Both the position numbers and the translations under genes were made by a program. A stretch of DNA of 63,244 nucleotides, filler included, from Stramenopiles sp. TOSAG23-3 (lineage: Eukaryota): assembly GCA_900128585.1 (NCBI GenBank). It is 4 parts of 4 records of this genome, joined end to end, with 100 filler letters (N's around TTAATTAATTAA, not from the genome) between each part and the next. Parts side by side here need not be neighbours in the genome. Positions count along the whole stretch, not along the records: positions 47,537 to 63,244 come from LT642514.1; 3 more parts are not named here. One strand, given 5' to 3'. Positions 52,055 to 62,600 of the stretch are shown in pieces. The notes beneath the pieces were generated by a model. It was not told where the DNA came from. It was given only the letters and a program-made list of their open reading frames with translations, and did not search any database. How positions within the stretch are numbered: position 1 is the first letter of the stretch; every line of letters starts with the position of its first letter.

Positions 52055-52963
52055 ATGTATAGTATGTTTCAGTGTAGTTTTTGTTTCTGTGCGATCCTGT
52101 TTACAGGATTTGCTCGCAGCGCACCGACCACTTCGAAATGGAGGCCGGTTGTCCTCATGCATGGTATGAACGGCGACGCCTCTGAACTCAACAAAATCAA
52201 AATGGCTTTGGAGGAGACTTACCCAGGGATTTACGTTCACAATTTGGACATTCTCCCGAAACTGAATTCTCTGCTGAAAAGCATTCCGCACCAAATGGAG
52301 AAAATCGTGGATACAATTCGTGCAGACGACAAGCTGAGAGACGGTTTCAATTTCTACGGAGAGAGTCAGGGAGCCCTGGAAGCTAGGATCTACGTTACGC
52401 AGTACAACGACCCGCCCGTGTACAACCTTGTGGCGCTTAACGGCCCGCAGGCCGGGGTCGGCGAGTGCCCAACGATCGAGTGGCCTGGGGTTAAGCAAGC
52501 TTGTGCTGATTTAGGAGCCTCTATTGCCATCTACGACTGGCCTTTTTGCAGTTTTTGTAATTTTTGGAAAGACAATCGGAACCAGGAGGAGTACCAGAAA
52601 AAATCGAAGTGGCTTGCTGCTTCGAACAACGAACAGGGAGCGTACGGCCACGTGAACCAGACGTACGTAAAGAATATGGAGGGTCTGAACCAGTACATGG
52701 TCACAAGGGCCATGAGGGATGAAATCGTCCAGCCCTCTTATAGCGCCTTTCATCAGTATTGGGCCTGGGGGGATGCGAAACGGGACGACTCGAAAATTCC
52801 AAAGTTTCAGGAGACCGAGGGGTACAAAACCAATGCACTTGGTTTAAAAACCCTGTACGATCGCGGAGACATGATCTTTAACGCATTTAATGGAACGCAC
52901 ACAAAGTACAACATGTCATGGTGGAGGAAACATGTATTGAAGATGTTCAACAACACGCTATGA
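52055..52963 (+). CDS. PPT1: Palmitoyl-protein thioesterase (lysosomal PPT family)
   Basis: Signal peptide, PVVLMHGM, nucleophile GESQGAL, PVYNLVALNGPQAGV, DEIVQP, LGLKTL, C-terminal catalytic His (GTH). Confidence 0.88.
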   Translation: MYSMFQCSFCFCAILFTGFARSAPTTSKWRPVVLMHGMNGDASELNKIKMALEETYPGIYVHNLDILPKLNSLLKSIPHQMEKIVDTIRADDKLRDGFNFYGESQGALEARIYVTQYNDPPVYNLVALNGPQAGVGECPTIEWPGVKQACADLGASIAIYDWPFCSFCNFWKDNRNQEEYQKKSKWLAASNNEQGAYGHVNQTYVKNMEGLNQYMVTRAMRDEIVQPSYSAFHQYWAWGDAKRDDSKIPKFQETEGYKTNALGLKTLYDRGDMIFNAFNGTHTKYNMSWWRKHVLKMFNNTL

Positions 52964-53803
52964 ATTACCAGATACGATGATAGCTAGAATAGCTTTTTTT
53001 AGTAGTCGTCTATTATTATACAAAAAAACGTTGAATTATTACTTTTTAAAAACAAGCTTGCTTGAGATGAGAGCCTTAAAAAACATATTACAAGTTTTTT
53101 TTATATAAATTGATATTTACGTATTAATATTACAGTGATGAAAATATAAAAAATAGAACTTTTTTTGGTTTCTTCTATTAAATATTTGTTAGTTAGTTGT
53201 TAGACTAGACTAGTTGTTAGTTATTAATATTAAAATTATAATAATAAAGACGACGAATAATAATAATAATATTTTTAAAAAGAAGAAAAATTGAATCAAC
53301 AAAGAAGAAGAAGAAAGAAGAAGCCTGAATATAAATATATACAAAGGTACACAGCATGAAAATTATTTAGTCTATTTGTTTACCCTCTCTCTCTCTAAAC
53401 TTATAAATAGCTCAATCGTATTCCCATATTGTCTCTCTTCTCTTCTCTCTTCTTTCTTCTTTCTTCTTTCTTCTTTCTTCTTCTTTCTTCTTCTTTCTTC
53501 TTTCTATTATCGTTCTTCTATCTTTCTTCTTCATTCGATTCCTTTTTTCCTTTTTTCTTTCTTTTCTTAGTTAGTTACGCACGGTCGTCTCTCTCGACTG
53601 TCTCCAAAATAGTCCAATATAATTCAATTAGTGATTCAAACAAAGAGAAAGAAAAAAATTGTATTCATTTATACGGGAAGCAGAAACAGAACTTTTCAAG
53701 ACGGACGGAGTAGGTATTTATCCAAGAAAAACAAACGAAGGAGTCTATCGTTTCCCTTTTTTTGTTCCAGGCGGTCGTGCATCAGAGAACGGGCTGTAAC
53801 GAA

Positions 53804-55831
53804 ATGGCATCCTACGCGACCGCATTTGTAATTGACGATGGGGAAGAAGCTCCTGTGAGAATGTCTCCCCCCGTGGCGTTAATTAGGCAAAAAAGGAAAG
53901 CTTCGTTGGATGCTGCTGCAGCGTGGGGGATTCTTTTGAAATTTATCAACCCGACGTCGGCAGACGGGGCATCGAAACGTCCCCCCGCAGCAAAGGGCAA
54001 GAAACGAAAAAGCAGTGGGAAAGTAAAGAAAACAACGCCGGCCACATACCACTACGATGGGGACCAGAACGATGCGGCCAGTCTTGAGCAAGGCCGGTTG
54101 GATGCAAAAAAAGCGATGGAGGAAGAAGACGAACAGCTGCGACTGGCGCTATCGACCGTTCGGACGTATGTGCCCGACAAAGGTGCATCGGAACGGGCAA
54201 TTCAAGCATTTGTCACCGAGTCGAAGACGTCCCTCGTCCCTTGCTTGGTTCGTTTGTTTTCGAACGATTCTTTAGCGGACTGGATCAAGCGCTTTTCGCT
54301 GTACAACGAAGCGCTAAACGTTGTGCGAAAGATCGCCATGAACGTTTTCTGTGTAAAGCTTCTGTTGAACGTGTCCGCTTTGTTGTCACGAATAAAGAAC
54401 CAAGCCGCCACCTTTTCAAGGTTGAACATGGCCGCCGCGTCGTCAAACGTCGTGGAGCAGGAGCAGATCATGTCGTGCTCAGTCCTTCAAGTCAGCGAGA
54501 CCGTCGACAAGTTCCTTGCAAAGGCAAAGGGTTTACAGCTATTGGAATTGTCGGAGGCAAGCAGCAGTGGTGCACAACCAGGCAGCAACAAGCGGGCCAA
54601 ACGGAGCCACAGGACATCATCCTCGTCGTCTGTTTTGGAGAGTGCGCCGCCGGGTGCGAAAAGTGAGATGACCGTAGAGGAGGCCCAAAAACAGTACGTT
54701 TCGCGATTGAAAGAGCAGCGGTTCGAAATGGTGTCGACGCCATTTAAGAAGCACATGTACCTGGAAAAAGTAAAATCGGGCTCCTTTCATAACCCAAAAA
54801 AGATTATGGCCGAACTCTCCTCATTGCATGCCAGTCTGCCAGTCCACTGGGCAAGCAGCATTTTTGTAAAAAGCACCGAACAGTGCAATTTGTTAAAGGC
54901 GTTGATTATAGGACCACCCGACACCCCGTATGAGAACGGGTGCTTTGAATTCGACATTTTTTTGCCCAATTCGTACCCGGAAGAGAGCCCGAAAGTGCTG
55001 TTGGTTACAACGGGCGGTGGTAGGGTACGGTTTAACCCAAATCTTTACGCTGACGGGAAAGTCTGTTTATCATTACTTGGAACTTGGCAGGGCCCCGGCT
55101 GGATACCAAAAGAGAGCACGCTGTTGCAGGTGCTCATGAGCATCCAATCGTTGATTTTAGTCAAGGACCCATATTTCAATGAACCAGGTTTTGAAAAGAC
55201 CAGGACCACCGCGGAAGGAAGACGGCACGCGGAAGCCTACAGCAAGAACATTCGCTCCTACACGCTGCAATGGGCCATGTTAGAGCAGCTTCAAAAGGCA
55301 AATGAATCGCCGTTTAAAGACATAATTACGAAACACTTTCAAATGAAATATGACAGCATTAAAGAGCAGTTGGACGCTTGGAAAACGAAAGTCTCGGCCC
55401 TGGCGTTGAAGGTTGCTGCACAGTCTCCAATGCCCAAACAAGTACCAAACCCGCCTGTTTCACAACACCACACCACCACGAAGAAGAAAAAGGGTGCCAA
55501 GAAGAAGGGGAAAGTTACCTACGCCGGCCGATGGCATGCCATGCCATCGACTTGGTTGAAATATTTGGACCTCCAAGAAAAAAGAGTGTTTTACTACAAC
55601 ACCAAAACAAAGCAGGTGCAGTGGGATGAGCCACAAAAAAGTGGTGCAGGAAGTCCTGCCCCACAGGTATTTCATGATTTGACGGCAGCGTTGGAGAAAG
55701 TCGTTTTGGCCGTGCCAGACAATGACAATGACGAAAAGGTGGGGGGGAAGGAAGCAGAAGAGACCAACGTTGCTGAGCAATCGGGCAGCAGCAGCAAAAG
55801 CAGTAGCAGCGTCATTGATCTTACATTATGA
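53804..55831 (+). CDS. BIRC6/UBE2O-type ubiquitin-conjugating enzyme with C-terminal WW domain
   Basis: ALIIGPPDTPYENGCFEFD, TTGGGRVRFNPNLYADGKVCLSLLGTW, SIQSLILVKDPYFNEPG; WW: STWLKYLD....VFYYNTKTKQVQWDEP. Confidence 0.9.
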   Translation: MASYATAFVIDDGEEAPVRMSPPVALIRQKRKASLDAAAAWGILLKFINPTSADGASKRPPAAKGKKRKSSGKVKKTTPATYHYDGDQNDAASLEQGRLDAKKAMEEEDEQLRLALSTVRTYVPDKGASERAIQAFVTESKTSLVPCLVRLFSNDSLADWIKRFSLYNEALNVVRKIAMNVFCVKLLLNVSALLSRIKNQAATFSRLNMAAASSNVVEQEQIMSCSVLQVSETVDKFLAKAKGLQLLELSEASSSGAQPGSNKRAKRSHRTSSSSSVLESAPPGAKSEMTVEEAQKQYVSRLKEQRFEMVSTPFKKHMYLEKVKSGSFHNPKKIMAELSSLHASLPVHWASSIFVKSTEQCNLLKALIIGPPDTPYENGCFEFDIFLPNSYPEESPKVLLVTTGGGRVRFNPNLYADGKVCLSLLGTWQGPGWIPKESTLLQVLMSIQSLILVKDPYFNEPGFEKTRTTAEGRRHAEAYSKNIRSYTLQWAMLEQLQKANESPFKDIITKHFQMKYDSIKEQLDAWKTKVSALALKVAAQSPMPKQVPNPPVSQHHTTTKKKKGAKKKGKVTYAGRWHAMPSTWLKYLDLQEKRVFYYNTKTKQVQWDEPQKSGAGSPAPQVFHDLTAALEKVVLAVPDNDNDEKVGGKEAEETNVAEQSGSSSKSSSSVIDLTL

Positions 55832-55930
55832 CGACAAAAAGTGAGAAAGCAGGAGAAGCTCGTACGAAGTAATTTGTACATGTTGTTATGATACAGGAGT
55901 AAAGTTTTATTTTTATAATAATATAAAAAA

Positions 55931-56037
55931 ATGTAAAAACCTCTAATGGACAAATGCTGAGTAGATTCATTTTTGCGGTATATGAGGAAGCTAAATTTTA
56001 ATTACTTTAAATAACAGCCATTTATTGTTTTTATAAA
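55931..56037 (+). repeat. Dispersed intergenic element, copy 5
   Basis: ATGTAAAAACCTCTAATGGACAAA...TTTTGCGGTATATGAGGAAGCTAAATTTTAATTACTTTAAATAACAGCCATTTATTGTTTTT. Confidence 0.85.
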
Positions 56038-56102
56038 ATGATATCAAAACAACTTTTTATTCGTACTTCGTTACCATATGTTGTGGGCTCAACGTTTGAA
56101 CA

Positions 56103-56158
56103 TTAAAAACAAGAAAATTGGCTGTTATTTAAGTAATTAAATTTAGCTTCGTCATACC
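56103..56158 (-). repeat. Dispersed intergenic element, copy 6 (inverted)
   Basis: Reverse complement reads GTATGACGAAGCTAAATTTAATTACTTAAATAACAGCCAATTTTCTTGTTTTTAA; exact 29-mer core at 56106-56134. Confidence 0.9.
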
Positions 56159-56168
56159 AAACGTTATC

Positions 56169-56984
56169 TTATTTGAACGGCTCACAAAGATTCAGAAGAC
56201 CCGAAATTCCAGCAATCACCATTACACGGTGCGGAAAGCCTTGGTAGAAACATTTCCCGCCGATTTCACTCCACATTCGTCTGAAGCAGTCTGTAGTAGT
56301 AAGCCGTTCGCCCAACTCTGCCGCACGACCAGCGACCAATGCTGCATTGTGCGGCATTTGCGTTCCAAAGCCACAAAAAATTCCTGCGACAAGCCCACCA
56401 GCCAGCCTATCTCCCCTGGATGGCTGGTCCAATGCGCCAGATCTGGCTTTCACAATGTGTCCCGCAACGATTGGGCCAAGGAGGATCCCGCCTCCGATGG
56501 AGTGGGAGTCACGCAAAAAAGTCCATACAAAGCCAGGGCGAATCTTTTTATTGAAGAAGTCGGCAGCCAACGCCGTGACGGTCCCCGTTTGAGGCTGCGA
56601 CTTTCCGAAATGTCGAAAAACGTCCGCATTCAGCGAGTTGTACGACCAAGCCTGCATTGGTATGGATACGAGACCGTACGCCACGTTTATGTTGTAAGCC
56701 CCAAACGCCCCTGCATCGTCCAACGCGTCCTTCAAAATGCGGACGCTGCCAAAGTGCAGCAACTTGTTAATCGTTTGCGTCAGAATGGCCGTTTGAAAAA
56801 TTTTAATCCCTGCCCTCTTGAATATTGATCCAGATCCTTTCGGCAACGGCGAAGACGATTTTTGACTAAGAGATATAATCTGGGGGGTAGTGAACACCGT
56901 AATAAGGGCGCCCGAACCAAAGGCCGCCACTCCCATGGAGGTGAGCACTCGCGTGGTGTTCGGTTGAAGTCCCCCCTCGTTCAT
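56169..56984 (-). CDS. Divergent mitochondrial-carrier-like membrane protein
   Basis: 271 aa with Gly-rich hydrophobic helices. LAGGLVAGIFCGFGTQMP and CFRRMWSEIGGKCFYQGFPHRV resemble a carrier repeat; canonical Px[DE]xx[KR] motifs not seen. Confidence 0.5.
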   Translation of the reverse strand: MNEGGLQPNTTRVLTSMGVAAFGSGALITVFTTPQIISLSQKSSSPLPKGSGSIFKRAGIKIFQTAILTQTINKLLHFGSVRILKDALDDAGAFGAYNINVAYGLVSIPMQAWSYNSLNADVFRHFGKSQPQTGTVTALAADFFNKKIRPGFVWTFLRDSHSIGGGILLGPIVAGHIVKARSGALDQPSRGDRLAGGLVAGIFCGFGTQMPHNAALVAGRAAELGERLTTTDCFRRMWSEIGGKCFYQGFPHRVMVIAGISGLLNLCEPFK

Positions 56985-57681
56985 ATTTCTTGGCTATCAA
57001 GCACTCCAGGCCACGGTTTTTTCACGCAACGAACGACTCAAAAAATCAAAACATTGAATTACACAAAGAAAAAGAAAACGAACAGGCACACACACACACA
57101 GAGAGAGAGAAAGGAGTACGTATTAAATATTCCACTTATTCTTCTATGAGGAAATTACCACAGGTACGGTTTAAAGATGAAGGAAACAGACGACAAATAG
57201 ATATAATATATTTATATTATTCTTCTTCTAATTAATATAATTCTTAAGAAAAGAAGAACGAAGAAAATAAGAAGGGGAAAAAATATTATTAATAAAGAAG
57301 AACGACGAAGAAGAAGAGGATCTTTCTCTCTTCTATTATTTGTGCCGGAATCATCCTCCGGAACGCATCTGTATATGAGTGATGTGGGAGGAGGGAGGGT
57401 GGAGGATTGTGTTTGATATTAAATATTAGAACCCGACTATATTATTAATATTATTATTGTGAATAATAAAAAAATACAATTTATTATTATAATTAATAGT
57501 CTATTTTTCTATATTAGTCGTTCTAATAATTATAAATCTTCTTCAATGTTCAACATGGGAAAAACAGATCCAAACTACTTTCTTTCTTTCTTTTTTAGAT
57601 TTCTTTCTTTCTTTCTTACCAGAAGAAGATTCCGTGCTTCAGCATTAGCAATCTATTTACCGGTTCAAAGTTTTTAACACC

Positions 57682-59379
57682 ATGGCTTCCATTACTTCAG
57701 GTACCCCCACCGCCTCACCCGTGACGTTGCGCATAGTTAACGTTACAGACGTGTACATGCTGGACAACTTTCCCTCTTTAAAAACTTTGATTGAAGAGAA
57801 GAAAGCACAAAATGTCAATGGGCCTACGATTTCCATACTAACAGGGGATTTCTTGGCGCCTTACTTGCTCTCCTCGATGGATTTTGGAAAAGGCATGGTC
57901 AACACCATGAACGCCACCCCGATCGACTATGTTATTTTTGGGAACCACGAGCATGATCTGCCCCATCGTCACGTGGTGGAGCGAGTCAAAGACTATACGG
58001 GCACGTGGATCAACACCAACATGCAGTCTCACGAGGCAATGCCACACCAAGTCGATAAAGCCGTAGTCTCCTGCAAAAGTGCTGACGGTACGCACACGCG
58101 AAAAGTTGGTCTGATATCGATGCTGACAGACCAGCCCGGGCTTTACCGCCCCAACGCATTCGGCGGTGCAACGATCGATGATCCGTGGGTCACTGCCAAA
58201 GCGTACAACAAGAAGTTGGTCGAAGAGGACCAAGTGGACATTGTCGTGCCACTTTGCCACTTGTACGAACCGCAGGACGAGAAAACATGCAGGGATTTCG
58301 ACGAGTATCCAATTATTATTAGCGGACACGATCACCACACAGTCGATCGCATGGTAAGTGGGTCCCGCTTGGTGAAGGCCGGGAGCGATGGGCACAAGGC
58401 TGCGATCATTGACATCACATGGAATTCACCCGATGCGACAGAAAAGCCCATCATTGACGTCTCTTTGGTGACAGTCAAGGATTGGAAAGCCAACGAAGGG
58501 CTTCAATCAGACGTCGAAAAAGCCCTGTCCGTTCTGGACAATTTACGACACACACAGCTCGTGGCTATACCGGAAAAGTTTCGACCGTTGAACTCAGTGG
58601 GTGTCAGGGGTGCTATCACTAGTGGAGGACTTTTCATTTGCTCGCAGTACCGAGATGCGTTCAATGCGGATCTATCGACCCAGGCGTGCGACCTCGTACT
58701 CATGCCTGGGGGCAACATTCGCGGTGGAAGATTGTACGAGGCGGGAGATCACTTTTCGTTGGAAAGCTTGAAGAGTGAAATACATCCTAAGATGGACATG
58801 AGCGTGCTGCAAATACCGGGAAATGTCATATGCGAGAGCGTACGGGACTCGCACACTCGTGGCCACCACCCGTACTTCATGCATTATGACGATGGTGTCA
58901 CGGTCGACCCAGAGACGCATCTGGTGACACACATACAAGGAGAACCCCTAGACCCGAAAAGGATCTACAACGTGGGTTACCCCACGGACGAGTTGCGCGC
59001 CGAGAATGGACCGGTATGCATTCGTGACTATTTCAACGCGAACCCCCCAAACCCTCGCCATTTAAAAAGTACAGCACGAGGTGGCCAGGAGTTTCTCTTG
59101 CAGTTCTGGGCGCAGAACGTCTGGCGAGCGCTGTGGTCAGCCTTAGACAGAAACCACGATGGTAAAATAGACCATTCAGAATTCGACAAACTGGATCTGG
59201 ATAGAAGTGGAAAGGTGGACGCGAGTGAATTGATGGCCTTCATGCATAAGGAACTTGGGTTTGATGTTTGTGAATCGGAAAATTCTTTCGCAAGATTTGT
59301 CATTGCTGCAGCGGGCGACGCTGATCAGGACGGGAAACTAAGTTACGAAGAGATGCAAATGGCCCGGAAAGGCGTTTGA
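57682..59379 (+). CDS. 5'-nucleotidase family metallophosphoesterase with C-terminal EF-hands
   Basis: NVTDVY, TGDFLAP, GNHEHD, SGHDH, GGNIRG; EF loops DRNHDGKIDHSE, DLDRSGKVDASE, DADQDGKLSYEE. Confidence 0.88.
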   Translation: MASITSGTPTASPVTLRIVNVTDVYMLDNFPSLKTLIEEKKAQNVNGPTISILTGDFLAPYLLSSMDFGKGMVNTMNATPIDYVIFGNHEHDLPHRHVVERVKDYTGTWINTNMQSHEAMPHQVDKAVVSCKSADGTHTRKVGLISMLTDQPGLYRPNAFGGATIDDPWVTAKAYNKKLVEEDQVDIVVPLCHLYEPQDEKTCRDFDEYPIIISGHDHHTVDRMVSGSRLVKAGSDGHKAAIIDITWNSPDATEKPIIDVSLVTVKDWKANEGLQSDVEKALSVLDNLRHTQLVAIPEKFRPLNSVGVRGAITSGGLFICSQYRDAFNADLSTQACDLVLMPGGNIRGGRLYEAGDHFSLESLKSEIHPKMDMSVLQIPGNVICESVRDSHTRGHHPYFMHYDDGVTVDPETHLVTHIQGEPLDPKRIYNVGYPTDELRAENGPVCIRDYFNANPPNPRHLKSTARGGQEFLLQFWAQNVWRALWSALDRNHDGKIDHSEFDKLDLDRSGKVDASELMAFMHKELGFDVCESENSFARFVIAAAGDADQDGKLSYEEMQMARKGV

Positions 59380-59634
59380 ATGGCAGTTTGATGGAAAGTA
59401 CTCTGTGTGTTAAATTTAATTAAAAAAAGCAACCTCTTATGAAAACAAATAATATAGTATGCTTGAAGACTCTCATTTTATATCAATTACGATTTCAGTT
59501 CCAACCCTAGTCCTATCTTGATGGTTTAATTTGATTTTTTAATTTGATTTTTTATATGATTTATAACAGATTTGTTATTTTAAATAAATCTAAATTACAG
59601 CCATATAGTCTTTACTATGTTTTTTAAAAATTGT

Positions 59635-59671
59635 TTAATTACTTAAATAACAGCCAATTTTCTTGTTTTTA
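59635..59671 (+). repeat. Dispersed intergenic element, copy 7 (terminal module only)
   Basis: Exact 29-mer core at 59641-59669, 8 bp from the stop codon of the FN3 gene; degenerate second module at about 59591-59625. Confidence 0.85.
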
Positions 59672-59677
59672 TTTATT

Positions 59678-62600
59678 TTACGACATACAGTTCGGGCTTG
59701 TCAATGGCTCTGAATTATAGTGTTGACAATCGATAGTCATGTTTTTGTTAAACCGTAGCGTAGGCTTGAAGCCAGATTGGCTCAAGCAATTGAACTTCTT
59801 CGGTGTTGCAAAATAGCTGAAAGAAGCTTTGACAGTTTTTCGCTTCGAAACATGGTCTATAGCTTCCCCCGATGCGTCTACTTCTACGTCACGGGAAGTG
59901 TACCCCAAAGAATTGAGCGTCACATCATTGGAGGTCCTGCAAATAACACTGCTAGACTCGGACCCAAGCCACGCTGTCAAGTAAGTGATATTGCGCCCGT
60001 GGGGCACGCGCAGAACCGCCCCAACCCGGTCTAGTATTCGACCTTCGACAAGTGTCGCGTGAACGTTAGTGTCATCCCGTTTCGTTTTTACTACAACATG
60101 GGTAACCCCCGTAGGCACTGACATTTTTGTCAAGTTGTACGTGGCGTAATATTTCCCCGTATTTGGCATCTCCACGTCCGCTATTTCAGTTAATGTCGTA
60201 TTTTTCTTCCAATACAATGTATACTTTTTGATGGACGTTGCAGATCGTGGGTGATATATGTTAAATTGACCTGCGATACTCAATGGGTTTGTGTCTTGAT
60301 CGATGAAATCTACACCCACAGCAGGGTATGCTGGAGGACCAGTTCCGGCATCGAAAACCATCACTATGGCTGGATTGACAACATTTTCTCCAAAACTGTT
60401 CGCTGCCCGAAATATCAGACGGCTGGCATTTTCAGGAATGACTATGTCTGTCAGTGCCCAGGAGCATTCGGAGGTACATTTAGGAACGGTCAAAACAATA
60501 TCTGATACATTTTCGTTAAAGTGGTCCCCCCAGTACACACGGAAACCAGTCATCTGCGCGGCACCGGTTCCAGGCATTTGAACCTTTCCTGCACCGGAAA
60601 ATATTCCTGGGTTAGCATTGGAGTCAGCGTTGTCCAGCGACACGCTCGCCGCCTACTTGCCTGCATATTCGCCTTTGGAATTTTTACTAATAGCATTCAC
60701 ACGGTACAATCCTGGTGTTGACAACGGTACGGTTGACGTGTAAGGCAGGTAGTCGTTTAAGTCTTGAAGGCGATAAAATAGGGATCCCCCCCCTCCTCCA
60801 GACAAACTTAAAGCTGCAGCTGAAAATATTAATTTGGTCGTCCCGTTGGATAGACTGGTTCCATCCAAGGATACCGTTGGTGGGTCCAGTGGTTGAATGG
60901 TTGTCACGGTAAGGTTATCACTTTTCACCCCTTCACCGTTTGTATTTACGGCTTGGGCAGAAAACTTGTAACTTTTCTGGGATTGAAGCCCTGAAAGCTC
61001 CACCACGGTGGAAAGCTGGTTCAAGTTGCCCAAGGAGTTTGTGTGGACCTGTTTGTTATCCATGTATACTATGTACTTCAGCAGGTCGGCCCCACCATCG
61101 AACGGGGCTGTTAAGTTCAGAACGACACCGAAGACAGATGCGGAAAGTGCAGTAGGCTTCTCCATTTTTGACGGCACAGTCGACAGTGACTCATAGGGAT
61201 CACTTTCTATTGTCTGAGGAGTGCGAACAACATCCATGGCGTCGACGTTAACCTTGGCGTTCTTAAGCTGCGCAAGCAATCCATTAGTTTCGTCGGACGA
61301 AGTTGCCGAGCCTGTAATAGTAGAACCAGCGTTGCTGGACTGGGTCGTTGTTAGATTCTGCACGATCGTGTTCACATTAATACCTGGCTTAAGAGCCAAT
61401 CTACGCCGATTTGTATTGGCAACTTTCACATCTTGGGTTGCATCTTTGTAATCTACGATTACGACCTGACTCAGATTGACTGCAGCAACGCGTGCAATTA
61501 CTTCACGATATGCAGTTTGGTTCCCCACATCGAAAGTTGCTGTGGACATGCCCGACAGAAATATAGAAAAGCTCAATTTACTGTTTTGCGGTTCACTAGG
61601 CAAACTGAATGCAAGTGCCCTGCCTAGTACATTGAATGCAGCGACACGAAAAAGGTATACCGTACCGTATTCCAAATTCTCAAAATCGTAAGTTAAGTTG
61701 GCAGTGCTGGTCCGATTCACGTGGTTGACCCACGGATTTTCGTCTTTTCCATTTCTTTTCGTTGAGGACGACGTGCTCAATACACCCGTCGAAGGCGGCG
61801 ATGCGCACGAAACTCTGTCAAAACCGACCTGCGCCATATCTCCCTTATTCCCAGAAAACGTAACTACCCATTTGTAATGAAAATGACTATCGTTCGCCGT
61901 TTGGAAATCATTGCGCGATACTTGTACAGAATTAAGTGAAACGAGGCTTTGGAGGGCAAATTTTATTTTATCGGCAGATGCAGAGGATACATCAAAGCAG
62001 TAGCTTGATTCACTTTGATAGGTTAGCTTTATGTTAGAGAGGGCTCCCGTACCATTTGCCTCCAGCTCCTGAATCTCGTCGATGAACAACTTTTTGCGAT
62101 GGTATCTTTTCGATTGGATCTGGTACGCTGTTATCCGCGACCCACCAGTCACAGCGGGCGCTTCCCAGCTCAGAGACATTGATGAATAAGTTATATTGTA
62201 CAGCGAAGGAATGGACATGATCGTACCTGGCACTTGCCGGCTTGTTTCAAACTGCTCGGTAACTTTGCTCACACCCAAAACTCCAATAATATGCGCCTCT
62301 ATTGTATACTTTTCTCCAAACGTCAAACCATCGTGCTGCACTACTTGTTCACTGTTCATCGTCTTGTACATCCCGATGGTTTCGTTTGTATCTGACTTTA
62401 CGTACGTCAAAAATGCCACCGGATAGTACCCCCCAACATCAGGGCTGGTTACTCGAAATTGTACCGAAGTGGCAGAAATAACTTTGTCTTTTAAAACTGG
62501 TTTTCNNNNNNNNNNNNNNNNNNNNNNNNNNNNNNNNNNNNNNNNNNNNNNNNNNNNNNNNNNNNNNNNNNNNNNNNNNNNNNNNNNNNNNNNNNNNNNN

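Noticed and set aside
19997-55831. Cluster of ubiquitin-system genes (U-box, HECT, E2) as a functional locus
   Set aside because: They lie on three different contigs, so their proximity is artificial.
5845-59671. Dispersed repeat as a CRISPR array or tRNA-derived SINE
   Set aside because: Copies are isolated, not regularly spaced with unique spacers. No cas genes, Pol III A/B boxes or cloverleaf were seen.
59678-62505. Genome-wide TAG-to-sense codon reassignment
   Set aside because: Only one internal TAG occurs in roughly 16,000 codons of called genes, and none in the ~4700-aa HECT ORF. A reassigned codon should be far more frequent.
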